From positions 1 through 64,000 of the forward strand of contig CAVQRZ010000009.1 in NCBI GenBank assembly GCA_963715335.1: a DNA stretch of 64,000 bases, written 5' to 3'. Positions 1 through 9,930 of the stretch are shown here, piece by piece. Both the position numbers and the translations under genes were made by a program. The first letter of the stretch is position 1, and each line of letters opens with the position of its first letter. The DNA comes from an uncultured delta proteobacterium (GTDB lineage Bacteria > Desulfobacterota > Desulfuromonadia > Desulfuromonadales > BM103). The notes under the pieces were generated by a model that saw nothing but the letters and a program-made list of their open reading frames with translations, was not told the origin of the DNA and ran no database searches.

Positions 1-30
1 CGTCGCTCCTGTGATCGCTACTGTGAGCAC
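1..30 (-). CDS. N-terminus (truncated by window edge) of an NAD-dependent epimerase/dehydratase/SDR, probably CerR-like ceramide reductase
   Basis: Reverse strand from GTG at 30 reads (M)LTVAITGAT, the first beta-strand and start of a GxxGxxG Rossmann motif; directly downstream of the acyl-AMP ligase, as cerR follows the acyl-ACP synthetase in the Caulobacter locus. Only 10 codons visible. Confidence 0.5.
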   Translation of the reverse strand, partial: MLTVAITGAT

Positions 31-67
31 AACTGAAATCGTTTTGCGGAGAGTTCCAAGATTTTAT

Positions 68-1882
68 TTAGCGGGCAATATTTGCGAAGCGATAATCAGA
101 TGCATCCTCATGGCTTGAGCGATCTTCATGTCCGGACTCAATCCGCAGCAGGCGCTGTTCTGACTGCCGCTTCAGATAATCGCGTCGAGTGCCGGCACGG
201 GACAACTTGCCAGATGAGGTGCGGGGAAGGGTGTGCGCGGAGACGAGCTCGATCTTGCAGTCAATGCCCAATTCCTCCCGAACGACAGAAGCGATACGAG
301 CTGACAACTCACTCCGTTTGTTTTCATCCGTTTCACGGTACTGGACGACCATGACGGCAGTTTCTGAACCGTCCTCTGCCGATATGGATATGGCCGATGA
401 GTCACCGGGCCTGACTTCGGGCTGCTGCTCAGCAAGAAATTCGAGGTCCTGTGGCCAGATGTTGCGACCATTGATGATGATCATGTCTTTTTCGCGACCG
501 GTGATCACCAAAGTCCCATCGATCATGTAGCCAATATCGCCTGTGTTCAGCCAGCCGTCTTCGGAAAGAGCCTCTGCCGTCGCAACAGGGTCACCTAAAT
601 AACCGGTCATTACGCTTGGCCCGCGCACGTGGATTGTCCCACATTGCCGGTCCGGCAGGGTTTCACCGTGCTCGTTCCAGATTTGAATCTCATGACCGGG
701 CAGCGGAGCCCCGCAGTTGACCAGCTTTTTGGTGCGACGGTCCGGGTCCAGAATGTCGACAGCGGGGACGGCACACTGTTGCTCGGATAATTGATCGGCA
801 TCGACTTCATCGACGACAACCCCCAGCCCTGTCTGGGCGAAGGTGGCAGCGAGCGAGCACTCAGCCATACCGTAACTTGCCACAAAACTTTTGCCATTAA
901 AACCAAATGGGGCCAATTTTTCAACGAAGGCCTCCAGAACCTCGACACGAATCGTTTCGGCACCGACACCTGCTATCCGCCAGGCGCTGAGGTCGTATGC
1001 TGCCTTGTCATCATGGCGAAGTCGTCGTGTGCACAGCTCATAACCAAAGGGCGGGGCGAAGGAAATCGTTCCTCTATTGCTAGTCATCATGTTCAGCCAC
1101 AATCGTGGCCGCATGGCAAAATCGCGGGTAGAGAGAAAATCAACAGACAGCTGCGCAGCCATTGGTGCCAGAACAAACCCGATCAGCCCCATGTCATGGT
1201 AGTAGGGCAGCCAGGATACGCACCTGTCGCCGCTACGAACCTTAAGGCCATCTTTGAGTATCCCGGCGAGATTGTGCATCACTGCCGTCTCGCTGACCAT
1301 AACCCCACGCGGGAAGCGTGTACTGCCCGATGTGTACTGGAGATACGCCGTTTCTTCGGCTTGCAGCGGCAGCAGTTCGACGTCCTGTTCGGGGAGTTTG
1401 TCAAAAGTTCCGGGGTCACCGACGAGAGTCAGCTCCATGTCTTGAGCTGCCTCGATCAGAAAAGGCAGGAACTCAGATGGAGCCACCGCAATGGTTGACT
1501 GGCTTTTGTCCAGCAAGCCGCGTAATTGTTCGACGTAAGCATTGTGACCACCAAGATGAATCGAGGCGGGTAGGGGAACCGGTACATAGCCGGCGTATTG
1601 ACAGGCAAAAAAGAAGCGTGGGAAATCAGGATGAGTTTCCGCAACGATGGCAACCCGTGAGCCCCTGTCCAGCTGCAGACCACGCAGGCGTTTTGCCAGG
1701 GTCCGGGCTTCTCTCTGTAATTCAGTGTAGGTGAGAACCGTGCGGAGTTCTCCGCGACCGCTGTAGAAATTGAATCCGCTCGTCCCCGTAGCGGCGTAGT
1801 CCAACGCTTCTGCAAGGTTGGAAAAGTCCGCGGTACGAAGTGAAACCTTGCTTTCAGTTGGTGTCGGATTTAATGGATTCAT
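68..1882 (-). CDS. Fatty acyl-AMP ligase / acyl-ACP synthetase (adenylate-forming family)
   Basis: 604-aa ORF with AYLQYTSGSTRFPRG, SWLPYYHDMGL, SYGMAE, WLNTGDIG, GREKDMIIINGRN and PRTSSGKL motifs. Confidence 0.93.
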   Translation of the reverse strand: MNPLNPTPTESKVSLRTADFSNLAEALDYAATGTSGFNFYSGRGELRTVLTYTELQREARTLAKRLRGLQLDRGSRVAIVAETHPDFPRFFFACQYAGYVPVPLPASIHLGGHNAYVEQLRGLLDKSQSTIAVAPSEFLPFLIEAAQDMELTLVGDPGTFDKLPEQDVELLPLQAEETAYLQYTSGSTRFPRGVMVSETAVMHNLAGILKDGLKVRSGDRCVSWLPYYHDMGLIGFVLAPMAAQLSVDFLSTRDFAMRPRLWLNMMTSNRGTISFAPPFGYELCTRRLRHDDKAAYDLSAWRIAGVGAETIRVEVLEAFVEKLAPFGFNGKSFVASYGMAECSLAATFAQTGLGVVVDEVDADQLSEQQCAVPAVDILDPDRRTKKLVNCGAPLPGHEIQIWNEHGETLPDRQCGTIHVRGPSVMTGYLGDPVATAEALSEDGWLNTGDIGYMIDGTLVITGREKDMIIINGRNIWPQDLEFLAEQQPEVRPGDSSAISISAEDGSETAVMVVQYRETDENKRSELSARIASVVREELGIDCKIELVSAHTLPRTSSGKLSRAGTRRDYLKRQSEQRLLRIESGHEDRSSHEDASDYRFANIAR

Positions 1883-1922
1883 TTTTACTCAGTCATTTTA
1901 AGTATTTGATCTAGACAGCTTA

Positions 1923-1938
1923 CGCAATATTAATGCCA
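1923..1938 (-). promoter_or_regulatory. sigma54 (-24/-12) promoter of the acyl-AMP ligase operon
   Basis: Reverse complement TGGCATTAATATTGCG = GG-N10-GC, matching TGGCAC-N5-TTGC, about 40 bp upstream of the ATG. Confidence 0.7.
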
Positions 1939-2173
1939 ACCCTATAAACATCGCGTATTCTATATAAATGTGGATTTACTTGTCAATTTACAAATGCGTA
2001 ATGTTGCGGTTTTAACGCATTAATGTGGTTTTTCTGCAACGCTCTTGAGGGATTGCATAGTGGGGCGTGCGATAACTGAAGGGTGACTAAACGTCGATTA
2101 GACGTTGTCATTGTTTAATTTTTAATCAGGAGCTATCGATGTTGGCCGTATTGTGTCAATGTCATGCCGTGAA

Positions 2174-2605
2174 TCAACGGCAGAATATGTTTTTCAGAGT
2201 TTTCTGGATCTGCTGCTTCACAGCTTCTCCGACTTGATTGGCTTGACCCAGATCAGGCGGCCCCGGCCAGCCTGAGTCGGTAAACTCTGCATCCGCAAAA
2301 TTTTTTAAATCGGCGTATCGCGGCAGAATGTGGAAGTGCACATCCGGATCAACCATCATCAGCATCAGGTAATTGATCTTGTCGTATTTAAAACATTCCT
2401 TGAGGCCGGACTCTACGACGGTCGTTATAACTTTCAACTCTGCAAAGGCCTCGACGCTTATGCTGGATAATGCATCGGCGTCCTCCTTGCAGATGAGTAC
2501 AAGGGCTCCAAGGGTCGCCTGCTGCGGGCGTAGCAGTACCACCCAATGTTCATGTTCCCGGATCAGGGTGCCCGGGTAACCAAATTTTTCCATCGTTGCA
2601 TTCAT
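2174..2605 (-). CDS. HIT family nucleotide hydrolase
   Basis: 143 aa; KINYLMLMMVDPDVHFHILPRY is a variant histidine-triad motif (first His replaced by Asp). Confidence 0.85.
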   Translation of the reverse strand: MNATMEKFGYPGTLIREHEHWVVLLRPQQATLGALVLICKEDADALSSISVEAFAELKVITTVVESGLKECFKYDKINYLMLMMVDPDVHFHILPRYADLKNFADAEFTDSGWPGPPDLGQANQVGEAVKQQIQKTLKNIFCR

Positions 2606-2761
2606 CGAAACAGTCCTCCAGTGCTTATTCAGCCCTCTTGCTGATTTATGTTCCCAGCATTTTTAACATAAACACCTTACATGCTATCGGACTATCGAGT
2701 ATTATTCAATTCGCAGAACAGCCAATATTTTTGAAGTCGGGTAAACTTGTTGAGTCATTCA

Positions 2762-3931
2762 ATGCAAAAGCCGAGTGATAAAGAGAGTCAGAATCACGAG
2801 AGATTGCGGATTGTCCCGGTTTCGGGCCGCCGCATGACCAGCCTTTTCATCAAGATACCGTGGTCTCTTTATGCGACAGACCCCTGCTGGGTGCCGCCGT
2901 TGCTTGTCGAGAGGAAATGGCATCTTTCTGACAAAAACCCTTACTTCAAGCATGCCGAATTCCAGGCCTGGATCGCCTGGCGCGGCGACCGGATGGTCGG
3001 ACGCATCAGCGCGCAGGTTGACCAGCTGCATCTACAGCAGCACAATGATGCAACCGGTTTTTTTGGCTTCCTGGAGGCTGAGGACAATGCGGAGACTTTC
3101 CATGCCCTGTTCAAAACTGCCGAAGAGTGGCTGCGAGCAAAGGGCATGCAACGAATCCGTGGGCCGTTCAGCCTGTCAATCAACGACGAGTGCGGGTTGC
3201 TGGTTGAAGGGTTCGATCGCCCGCCACCGATTATGCTAGGGCATGCTTTGCCTTATTACGGTAAGCGCGTGGAAGAGCAGGGCTACGTCAAGGAGCAGGA
3301 CCTGCTGGCTTACCTGGCTGACCCGAAACTTGCCCACCAGCCGCACTTGGAACCTCTCACCAAACGCTTCTCGCGGCGCGTCAAGGTCCGTACGCTGCGT
3401 CGGGACCGTTTCGAGGAAGAGCTGGAAATCATCCGCGATATTTTTGAAGATGCCTGGTCGGAAAACTGGGGGTTCATTCCCTTTACGCCGGCCGAGTTCA
3501 CTGAGTTGGGGAAAAATCTTAAATTCCTGGTGGATCCCGAGTCGGTCAGTATCGCCGAAGTTGATGGTGAACCGGTGGCCATGATGGTCATGTTTCCCAA
3601 CCTCAATGAGATGATCAGGGATTTGAATGGCCGTCTGCTGCCGTTTGGCTGGCTGAAATTGCTCTGGCGTCTGAAAATTTCCGGCGCCAGGTCAGCGAGA
3701 GTCCCGCTGATGGGCGTCAGGCGCCGTTACCAGGGGACGATGCTGGGCGCAGCCCTGGCCCTGATGTCGATCGCCCCGATTCACGAGCATGCCTGCCGAA
3801 AAGGCATTGCTGAAGTGGACATGTCGTGGATTCTTGAGCAGAACAAGGGGATGCGAAAAATCATCGAGTTGCTGGGCTCCGATCCTTATAAGCGTTACCG
3901 GATCTACCAGAAGGATTTGAACGCAGGATGA
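2762..3931 (+). CDS. Double-GNAT N-acyltransferase (YghO-like), probable bacterial ceramide synthase bCerS
   Basis: GRISAQVD, GFFGFLEAED, RIRGPFSLSINDECGLLVEGF, DAWSENWGFIP, MSWILEQN, KRYRIY motifs; sphingolipid-locus context; start set at ATG 2762. Confidence 0.8.
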   Translation: MQKPSDKESQNHERLRIVPVSGRRMTSLFIKIPWSLYATDPCWVPPLLVERKWHLSDKNPYFKHAEFQAWIAWRGDRMVGRISAQVDQLHLQQHNDATGFFGFLEAEDNAETFHALFKTAEEWLRAKGMQRIRGPFSLSINDECGLLVEGFDRPPPIMLGHALPYYGKRVEEQGYVKEQDLLAYLADPKLAHQPHLEPLTKRFSRRVKVRTLRRDRFEEELEIIRDIFEDAWSENWGFIPFTPAEFTELGKNLKFLVDPESVSIAEVDGEPVAMMVMFPNLNEMIRDLNGRLLPFGWLKLLWRLKISGARSARVPLMGVRRRYQGTMLGAALALMSIAPIHEHACRKGIAEVDMSWILEQNKGMRKIIELLGSDPYKRYRIYQKDLNAG

Positions 3932-4740
3932 GATCGAAACAGCCTTTTTCAGTAGTCGTCCTCGCCGCAGACCGTGAACGGGCAGACCCGGTAGCGCAGT
4001 CTGCAGCTGTGAGCTGCAAAGCCCTGGCCCCGGTCTGTGGCCGTGAAATGGTTTTGCGTGTTCTCGACGCACTGGCAGAAGCTAAAGAAACGGGGCAACG
4101 GCTTTTGGTTGGGCCATCTGTCAAATCTGTTGGACAGAATGCGGAGCTCTCCGGGCTGGTCGACTCCGGACAGGTCAACTGGTTTGCGCCACAAGCGACA
4201 CCGAGCTTAAGCGCCTTTACTGTTTTGCAGTCGTTGCCAGCGGACATGCCGGTTCTGGTCACCACGGCCGATCACGCTCTGCTGACTGCGGAAATGGTTG
4301 ATTATTTCTGCATGGAGGCACGCACCAGCGGCTGCGACGTGCTGGCCGGCGTCGCCCGTTACGAGCTGATTGCCGAGGCTGTCCCCGGGACCCGGCGGAC
4401 CGTTACGAAGCTCAAGGACGGGGGCTACTGCGGCTGCAACCTCTTTGCCTTCCTGACGCCACAGTCCCGCAAGGCCGCGGATTTCTGGCGCAAAGTGGAA
4501 AAGGAGCGCAAGAAACCCCTGCGCATCATCAAGGTTATGGGGTGGATGACCGTACTGCGCTATCTTCTGGGTCAGCTGACCATGGAGCAGGCCCTGGGCA
4601 GTTTATCGCAAAGGATGGGCTTGCGGGTGGGGGTTGTCCGGATGCCTTTCGCCGAAGCGGCGATCGATGTGGACAAGGTCGAGGATTTACAGCTGGTCGA
4701 ATCGATACTGGTAGAAAGGCAGAAGGGGGCACCCTCTTAA
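3928..4740 (+). CDS. MobA-like NTP transferase (nucleotidyltransferase family)
   Basis: N-terminal VVVLAAD..DP...KALAPV.G..M, LVTTADHALLT, C-terminal AAIDVDKVEDL; ATGA overlap with upstream gene. Confidence 0.8.
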   Translation: MRSKQPFSVVVLAADRERADPVAQSAAVSCKALAPVCGREMVLRVLDALAEAKETGQRLLVGPSVKSVGQNAELSGLVDSGQVNWFAPQATPSLSAFTVLQSLPADMPVLVTTADHALLTAEMVDYFCMEARTSGCDVLAGVARYELIAEAVPGTRRTVTKLKDGGYCGCNLFAFLTPQSRKAADFWRKVEKERKKPLRIIKVMGWMTVLRYLLGQLTMEQALGSLSQRMGLRVGVVRMPFAEAAIDVDKVEDLQLVESILVERQKGAPS

Positions 4741-4900
4741 AAGACCCTCGTTGCAGAGCAGTCCTCGCGTTTATGCAATCCTGTTCAGGGGGTGACACGC
4801 AAACCACTTTTTTATATTTTCCTGCTGTGATAAAAGTTTGCTGGTTTTGTTTCCGTCGGGAAAACAACAAATTCAAAAAGGCTTTAAAGGTAAGGATCCA

Positions 4901-5344
4901 ATGAACAAAGAAAGAGTGGGCTACACAACCGGTGTTTTTGATTTGTTTCATATCGGTCACCTGAGGTTGTTACAAAGAGCTAAAAGTCGATGCGACCGAC
5001 TTATTGTCGGTGTGAGTACCGATGAACTGGTGCAGTCATATAAAAATAAAAAACCTGTCATCCCTTTCGAAGAAAGGAGTGAAATCGTCGCTGCATTGAA
5101 ATGCGTCGATGAGGTCGTTCCGCAAACGCATAGAGATAAGGTCGCGGCGTACCACAACATCAAATTTGATGTCATGTTCGTCGGCAGTGACTGGAAGGGG
5201 TCGGACCTGTTCGACAAGGTCGAGGCAGAGCTGGCTGAATATGGTGTCAATGTGGTTTATTTCGAATACACAAATAATGTTTCTTCAACGGCTTTGCAGT
5301 CGACGCTTCAGGCTATCTATGACGAAGAGGCCTCGGCAGGATAG
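4901..5344 (+). CDS. TagD-like glycerol-3-phosphate cytidylyltransferase
   Basis: GYTTGVFDLFHIGHL (HxGH), LIVGVSTDE, VGSDWKG, VSST; ATG 4901 after AAGGA. Confidence 0.85.
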   Translation: MNKERVGYTTGVFDLFHIGHLRLLQRAKSRCDRLIVGVSTDELVQSYKNKKPVIPFEERSEIVAALKCVDEVVPQTHRDKVAAYHNIKFDVMFVGSDWKGSDLFDKVEAELAEYGVNVVYFEYTNNVSSTALQSTLQAIYDEEASAG

Positions 5345-5413
5345 AATAGCTACAGGCGAGCAGTCTCCGTGATAACTTCCGCATGATTATCACCGCTATT
5401 TACAGGACCCGAA

Positions 5414-6484
5414 TTGCTTATCAACCGCTATTTGAACCGTGAGATTCTGAACCCGCTGGTGACCATCTGTACCGTTCTGGTCGTCATTTTTGCCGGCTAT
5501 TCTGCAACCCGCTACCTGCCCGATGCTGCCAACGGCCTGATGACGGGGGAAACTGTCCTTACCCTGGTCTTCCTCAAAATTCTAATCGCTTTGGAAGTCC
5601 TGGTCCCCGTTACGCTTTTCCTCTCGGTGATTACGGTTCTGGGTCGGCTGCATGCCGAATCGGAAGTCATAGCCATGCAGGCCAGCGGACTTTGCGAGCG
5701 CACCCTCATGAGTTCGGTTTTTCAACTCTCCTTTGTCGTCGCCCTGCTGGTTGCAGGACTCTCTCTTTATGCACGCCCCTGGGCTTACGAAAAAAGCTAC
5801 TGGTTGAAAGCTGACGCCGAGGCGAATTTCGATTTCTCGCGCCTCAAACCCGGACGTTTCCATGAAATTGGCGAGAATAAGTACGTCGTCTTCCTGGACA
5901 GCATCCATGAGAGCCAGGAGCGCGCAGAAGGCGTTTTTATTGAACAGCGCAATGCGTCTTCACGCAAGATAATCCTTGCCAAACAAGCCTGGCAGGAGAT
6001 AGACCCGGCAACAGGCGAGAAGAGCGTGGTTTTGCGCGATGGCTATCGCTACGAAATCTTGCCTGGCGTCGGCAAAACAAGCCTGTTCCGGTTTCAGGCC
6101 TTCCGACTGATTTTAAAGCCCAAAGAAATTGAATCGATTGGCTATCGGCGCAAGGCCGCATCAACGATGAGTCTCGTCGATTCACCCGTGGCAGAGGACA
6201 GGGCGGAATTTCAGTGGCGGGTCTCCACGGGGTTCTCGACGATTCTACTCGGATTGCTCGGGATTCCCTTGAGTCGCACGGCCCCACGCCGGGGCAAGTC
6301 TGCCAATATCTTCATGGGCGTGGTCATTTTTGCCATTTTTTACAATCTGACCGCCGTAGCCAAAACCTGGATGGAACAGGGGGTGGTCGGTTCGTTCCCG
6401 GGGATCTGGTGGCCTCATGTCCTGCTTGCGATTTTGCTGATTGTCCTGCTCAAACCTTTTGGGTCAGGCTTCCAGTCGCATTGA
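5414..6484 (+). CDS. lptF: LptF-family permease (second copy, probably sphingolipid transport)
   Basis: MLINRYLNREIL start, GRLHAESEVIAMQASG, AEFQWRVS, PRRGKS; multi-TM LptF/G architecture. Confidence 0.85.
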   Translation: MLINRYLNREILNPLVTICTVLVVIFAGYSATRYLPDAANGLMTGETVLTLVFLKILIALEVLVPVTLFLSVITVLGRLHAESEVIAMQASGLCERTLMSSVFQLSFVVALLVAGLSLYARPWAYEKSYWLKADAEANFDFSRLKPGRFHEIGENKYVVFLDSIHESQERAEGVFIEQRNASSRKIILAKQAWQEIDPATGEKSVVLRDGYRYEILPGVGKTSLFRFQAFRLILKPKEIESIGYRRKAASTMSLVDSPVAEDRAEFQWRVSTGFSTILLGLLGIPLSRTAPRRGKSANIFMGVVIFAIFYNLTAVAKTWMEQGVVGSFPGIWWPHVLLAILLIVLLKPFGSGFQSH

Positions 6485-6522
6485 CCCGGTCATAGCTCAA
6501 AAGAGGACGGTTTCCTGATTCC

Positions 6523-7594
6523 ATGAGAATGCTCGCTCGCTATATATCCTTCAGACTGGCGTTCGGCTGGCTGCTGGTTTTCCTGATCATGACGGCCCTG
6601 TTCTCGTTTCTCGAGCTGGTCGGCCAGCTCGACGATATCGGTGAGGGGAGCTACCAGGCTAAAGACGCCTTCCTGTACGTCGCTTACACCCTGCCAGGGC
6701 GAGTCCTCGGCCTGGCGGCGGTCAGTTCTCTACTGGGAGGGATTGTCGGTCTCGGCACCCTGGCCAACACCGACGAACTGCTGGCGATGCGGGCTTGCGG
6801 TTTTTCCGTATTTCGTATCGCGCGCGTAACTGCTGGGGGCCGGCAGTGTGATTATGCTATGCGTGCTCCTGCTGACCCAGTTTGTCGTGCCGCCACTCGA
6901 ACAGAAAGCCAAGATCAACCGTGAACTGGCTCTTTCCGGGGAAGGTTCGCTGCTCTCGACAGGTGGTTTCTGGACACGGGGCAGCGACAGCCGTTTCATC
7001 AACGTGCGTTCTTCAACGTCCGGTGTCGGCCTTGCCGATGTCAGCATTTACGATTTCGACGAGCAGGGCAGACCGACCCGTTATGTCGGCTCAGCCGAGA
7101 CAGAGATCGGCACAGACGGCCAATGGATCGGTCGTGACGCCAGAGAGATCAATTTTGCCGAAAAACGGATCACGGACCAGGTGGAGCCTTCTTTAGCCCT
7201 CGACGTTTTTCTTAATACCCGGCAGACCGACATTCTGAGTATCACGCCGGACATGCTGCCGCTGGACAAACTGTACCAGTATATTCAGGTCCTGCGGGAA
7301 AGGGGCCAGAACACCGATCAATTTGTCCTGGCGCTGTGGCAGAAAACGACCCTGCCGCTCAAGGTGGGAGCGATGATGTTTTTCTCCTTGCCCTTTGTGT
7401 TCGGCGTGGCGCGGGAGGCCAATCCCGGGCGAAGGGTGACGCTTGGCGCCATCATCGGGATTTCTTACTACTATTTCGATCAGGCCCTGGGCTATATGGG
7501 GCTTCTGCTCGGTATCCACGCGGCGTTCACAACCTTGCTGCCACTTGCGATCATCATTTTAATCGCCACCTGGCTGTTGTTAAGGGTTCCATAG
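6523..7594 (+). pseudogene. lptG: LptG-family permease split by a single frameshift near 6826-6845 (possibly a sequencing indel)
   Basis: ORF 6523-6924 has the LptG N-terminus (LARYI, GTLANTDELLAMRACG) and ORF 6848-7594 continues it (VVPPLEQKA, GFWTR, LALWQK); removing one base around GTAACTGCTGGGGGCC restores one ORF. Confidence 0.8.
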
Positions 7595-7613
7595 ACGGCT
7601 GTTTTACAGCCGG

Positions 7614-8606
7614 TCAGAAGTGCGGGAGCGTCAGGTTTTTTTCCTGCTCCCCGTCAAACTGTCCTGATTCTTCCGAATAGCTCCGGACCAGCATCTTCAG
7701 CTGCCAAACTTCATCATTCTGTTTGATCTCATAGAGGTTGTACTTGGCGCAACGTCCAGAGCGCGGATTCAGCTCCGATGCGGAAGGGACACCAACCACA
7801 GGAACCTTGCCGAAGGGGGTCTGCATCTCCGCAAAGGTCTCGGCATGCGTGTGTCCGTGCAGGACCAGCTCTGCTCCGTAATCGGCAATGACGTTTGCAA
7901 ATCCGCTGCTATCAACCAGACGCTTGCGCCATTTTATTGTCCCGGGTACCGGCGGGTGGTGGATCAGAACGACCCGCAACAGGCCTGCTTCGCCGGTTGT
8001 TCGCAGCAGGTTTGCCAGACCAACCAGTTGCGTTTTATCAAGGCTGCCGACAGCGAGAAAGGGGGGACTGGGCCGTGCCGAGCAAAGACCGATCAGGGCT
8101 ACCGGGCCGCGAATCCGCAGGCTGGGGAAAAAATCGGTCATTCGGGAATCGTTCTGCCGGTCGTCAGAGCTGAGGTATGGCGCCCAGCTCGAGAGGTTGT
8201 CAGACCACTTTTGGCCGACGTAGGCTTCGTGGTTGCCCGGTATCACGGTGACCTGGTCCGGTGGCCCCAGTTTCGCCAGCCATCGTGCGGCTTCGACAAA
8301 TTCATCGGGCAGGCCGAGATGTGTCAAGTCGCCGGTCACGGCGGTATGGTCGGGACGAGTTACCTTCAGGTCTTCAAGCAGAGCTTCGACAATGTCGAGT
8401 CGATGAACGATGCGTCGTTTGCGCCACCATGACAGGTAACCCAAGATACGCTTGTTGAGCAGTTGGTTGATCGTTGTGTTCTTGAGCGTGGTCAGGTGAA
8501 GATCGGATATGTGGGCCAGAGTGAAACTGGCTGTTGACGGCGATGTCACAGGTTGCGTGGCGCCTGCCGGACGGGCAGGCGATGTCTCTTTCTTTACTTC
8601 CGGCAT
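7614..8606 (-). CDS. Calcineurin-like metallophosphoesterase (CpdA-like)
   Basis: HISDLH, VTGDLT, IPGNHE, IHHPP, LHGHTH metal-binding motifs. Confidence 0.9.
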   Translation of the reverse strand: MPEVKKETSPARPAGATQPVTSPSTASFTLAHISDLHLTTLKNTTINQLLNKRILGYLSWWRKRRIVHRLDIVEALLEDLKVTRPDHTAVTGDLTHLGLPDEFVEAARWLAKLGPPDQVTVIPGNHEAYVGQKWSDNLSSWAPYLSSDDRQNDSRMTDFFPSLRIRGPVALIGLCSARPSPPFLAVGSLDKTQLVGLANLLRTTGEAGLLRVVLIHHPPVPGTIKWRKRLVDSSGFANVIADYGAELVLHGHTHAETFAEMQTPFGKVPVVGVPSASELNPRSGRCAKYNLYEIKQNDEVWQLKMLVRSYSEESGQFDGEQEKNLTLPHF

Positions 8607-8730
8607 GCAGGGAGTATATAGTACTGACTTCGTTTTTTCTACCGATCTTTATTCCGGACGGGACCCGTCTGCCAGCTCAAGCCAGGATGGCACAAACCTT
8701 CCGGGGAATCTATTCTCAAGGCTGTAATTT

Positions 8731-9924
8731 ATGTCTGTTTACGTACGGATTTTACAAGAAAGCTCCCTCAAATTATGGGGGTTGACCTCTCGCGAGCGTC
8801 TTGAACGCATGCTCACGAAGGCCGGAGTCCCTTGCGGTCCTCGAGACGACACTGCCGTTGCCGGTGAAGATTCCGTACTGTTGCTGCGCGGCGATTTTCT
8901 TTACGACCAGCGGATTGTCAAGAATATGGTCGACTCTGTCGGCATCGTCCTGGAAGTCGACGCGCCGGAAGGTGCCAGGCCGGTTGCCGCGCATGTCCCG
9001 GCCGAACTTGCCGACCATATGGAGGCCATCCTTGCTGACGGCAGTCGCCACGATTATCCGGAAGGCCTGAGTCGGCAGACTCCGGAGACGCTGGTCAGTG
9101 CCTACCTGATGGAATTGCGCAAGTTTGACGTACCATACCTCCTGCCGATCTCTGATAAAAGTCGCCGGAGCCTGGAAAAACGCCTCTTTGACGGCTCCTA
9201 CAAGGGGGTTACCGACCTGGTGACCAAGTGGCTCTGGCCGACCCCGGCCCGCTGGGCAACAGGGGTTTGCACCCGCTACGGCATCGTGCCCAACCAGGTG
9301 ACCAGCCTCAGCCTGATCCTGTCGGCATTGGCGGTGCTGATGTTCTACCAGGGCTTTTATGCGACAGGCCTGGCGATGGCCTGGTTCATGACTTTCCTCG
9401 ACACGGTCGACGGCAAGCTGGCCAGGGTCACTCTCAATTACAGCACTTTCGGCAACTTGTTTGATCACGCCATCGACCTGGTTTTCCCGCCGATCTGGTA
9501 TGTTGTCTGGGCCATGAGCCTGCAGGGTATCCCCGGTATGTCCACTGAGGTTGCGATCTGGATGGTGATGGCCGGCTACATTGCGGGCAGGCTGATCGAA
9601 GTTGTCTTCAAGCAGTTCCTGGAATCATCGGGGATCTTCTGCTGGCAGCCGATCGATTCCTGTTTTCGACTGATCACGGGACGCCGCAATCCAAACCTGG
9701 TCCTTCTGACCGTCAGCCTCTGCTTCGGCCGTCCGGACCTCGGCCTGTTGGCCGTGTGCCTGTGGACGGCCCTGTCGAGTGTCTTTTTGATTGCACGCCT
9801 GGCCATGGGGATCCAGGCCAGGATCACCTCGGGGCCATTGCGTTCCTGGTTCCTTGATGTCGACCCCTCGGACGAAACCCTGACCTTTATCCAAAGATGG
9901 TTTTGCCGTCGGCCTCAGAGTTAA
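8731..9924 (+). CDS. CDP-alcohol phosphatidyltransferase with N-terminal extension (similar in type to Caulobacter CCNA_01217)
   Basis: PNQVT and FLDTVDGKLARVT...GNLFDHAID = DxxDGxxAR...GxxxDxxxD signature. Confidence 0.88.
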   Translation: MSVYVRILQESSLKLWGLTSRERLERMLTKAGVPCGPRDDTAVAGEDSVLLLRGDFLYDQRIVKNMVDSVGIVLEVDAPEGARPVAAHVPAELADHMEAILADGSRHDYPEGLSRQTPETLVSAYLMELRKFDVPYLLPISDKSRRSLEKRLFDGSYKGVTDLVTKWLWPTPARWATGVCTRYGIVPNQVTSLSLILSALAVLMFYQGFYATGLAMAWFMTFLDTVDGKLARVTLNYSTFGNLFDHAIDLVFPPIWYVVWAMSLQGIPGMSTEVAIWMVMAGYIAGRLIEVVFKQFLESSGIFCWQPIDSCFRLITGRRNPNLVLLTVSLCFGRPDLGLLAVCLWTALSSVFLIARLAMGIQARITSGPLRSWFLDVDPSDETLTFIQRWFCRRPQS

Positions 9925-9930
9925 CCCGCT

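Noticed and set aside
8688..8703. sigma54 promoter before the CDP-alcohol transferase (TGGCACAAACCTTCCG)
   Set aside because: Good -24 box but the -12 element reads TTCC rather than TTGC; too uncertain
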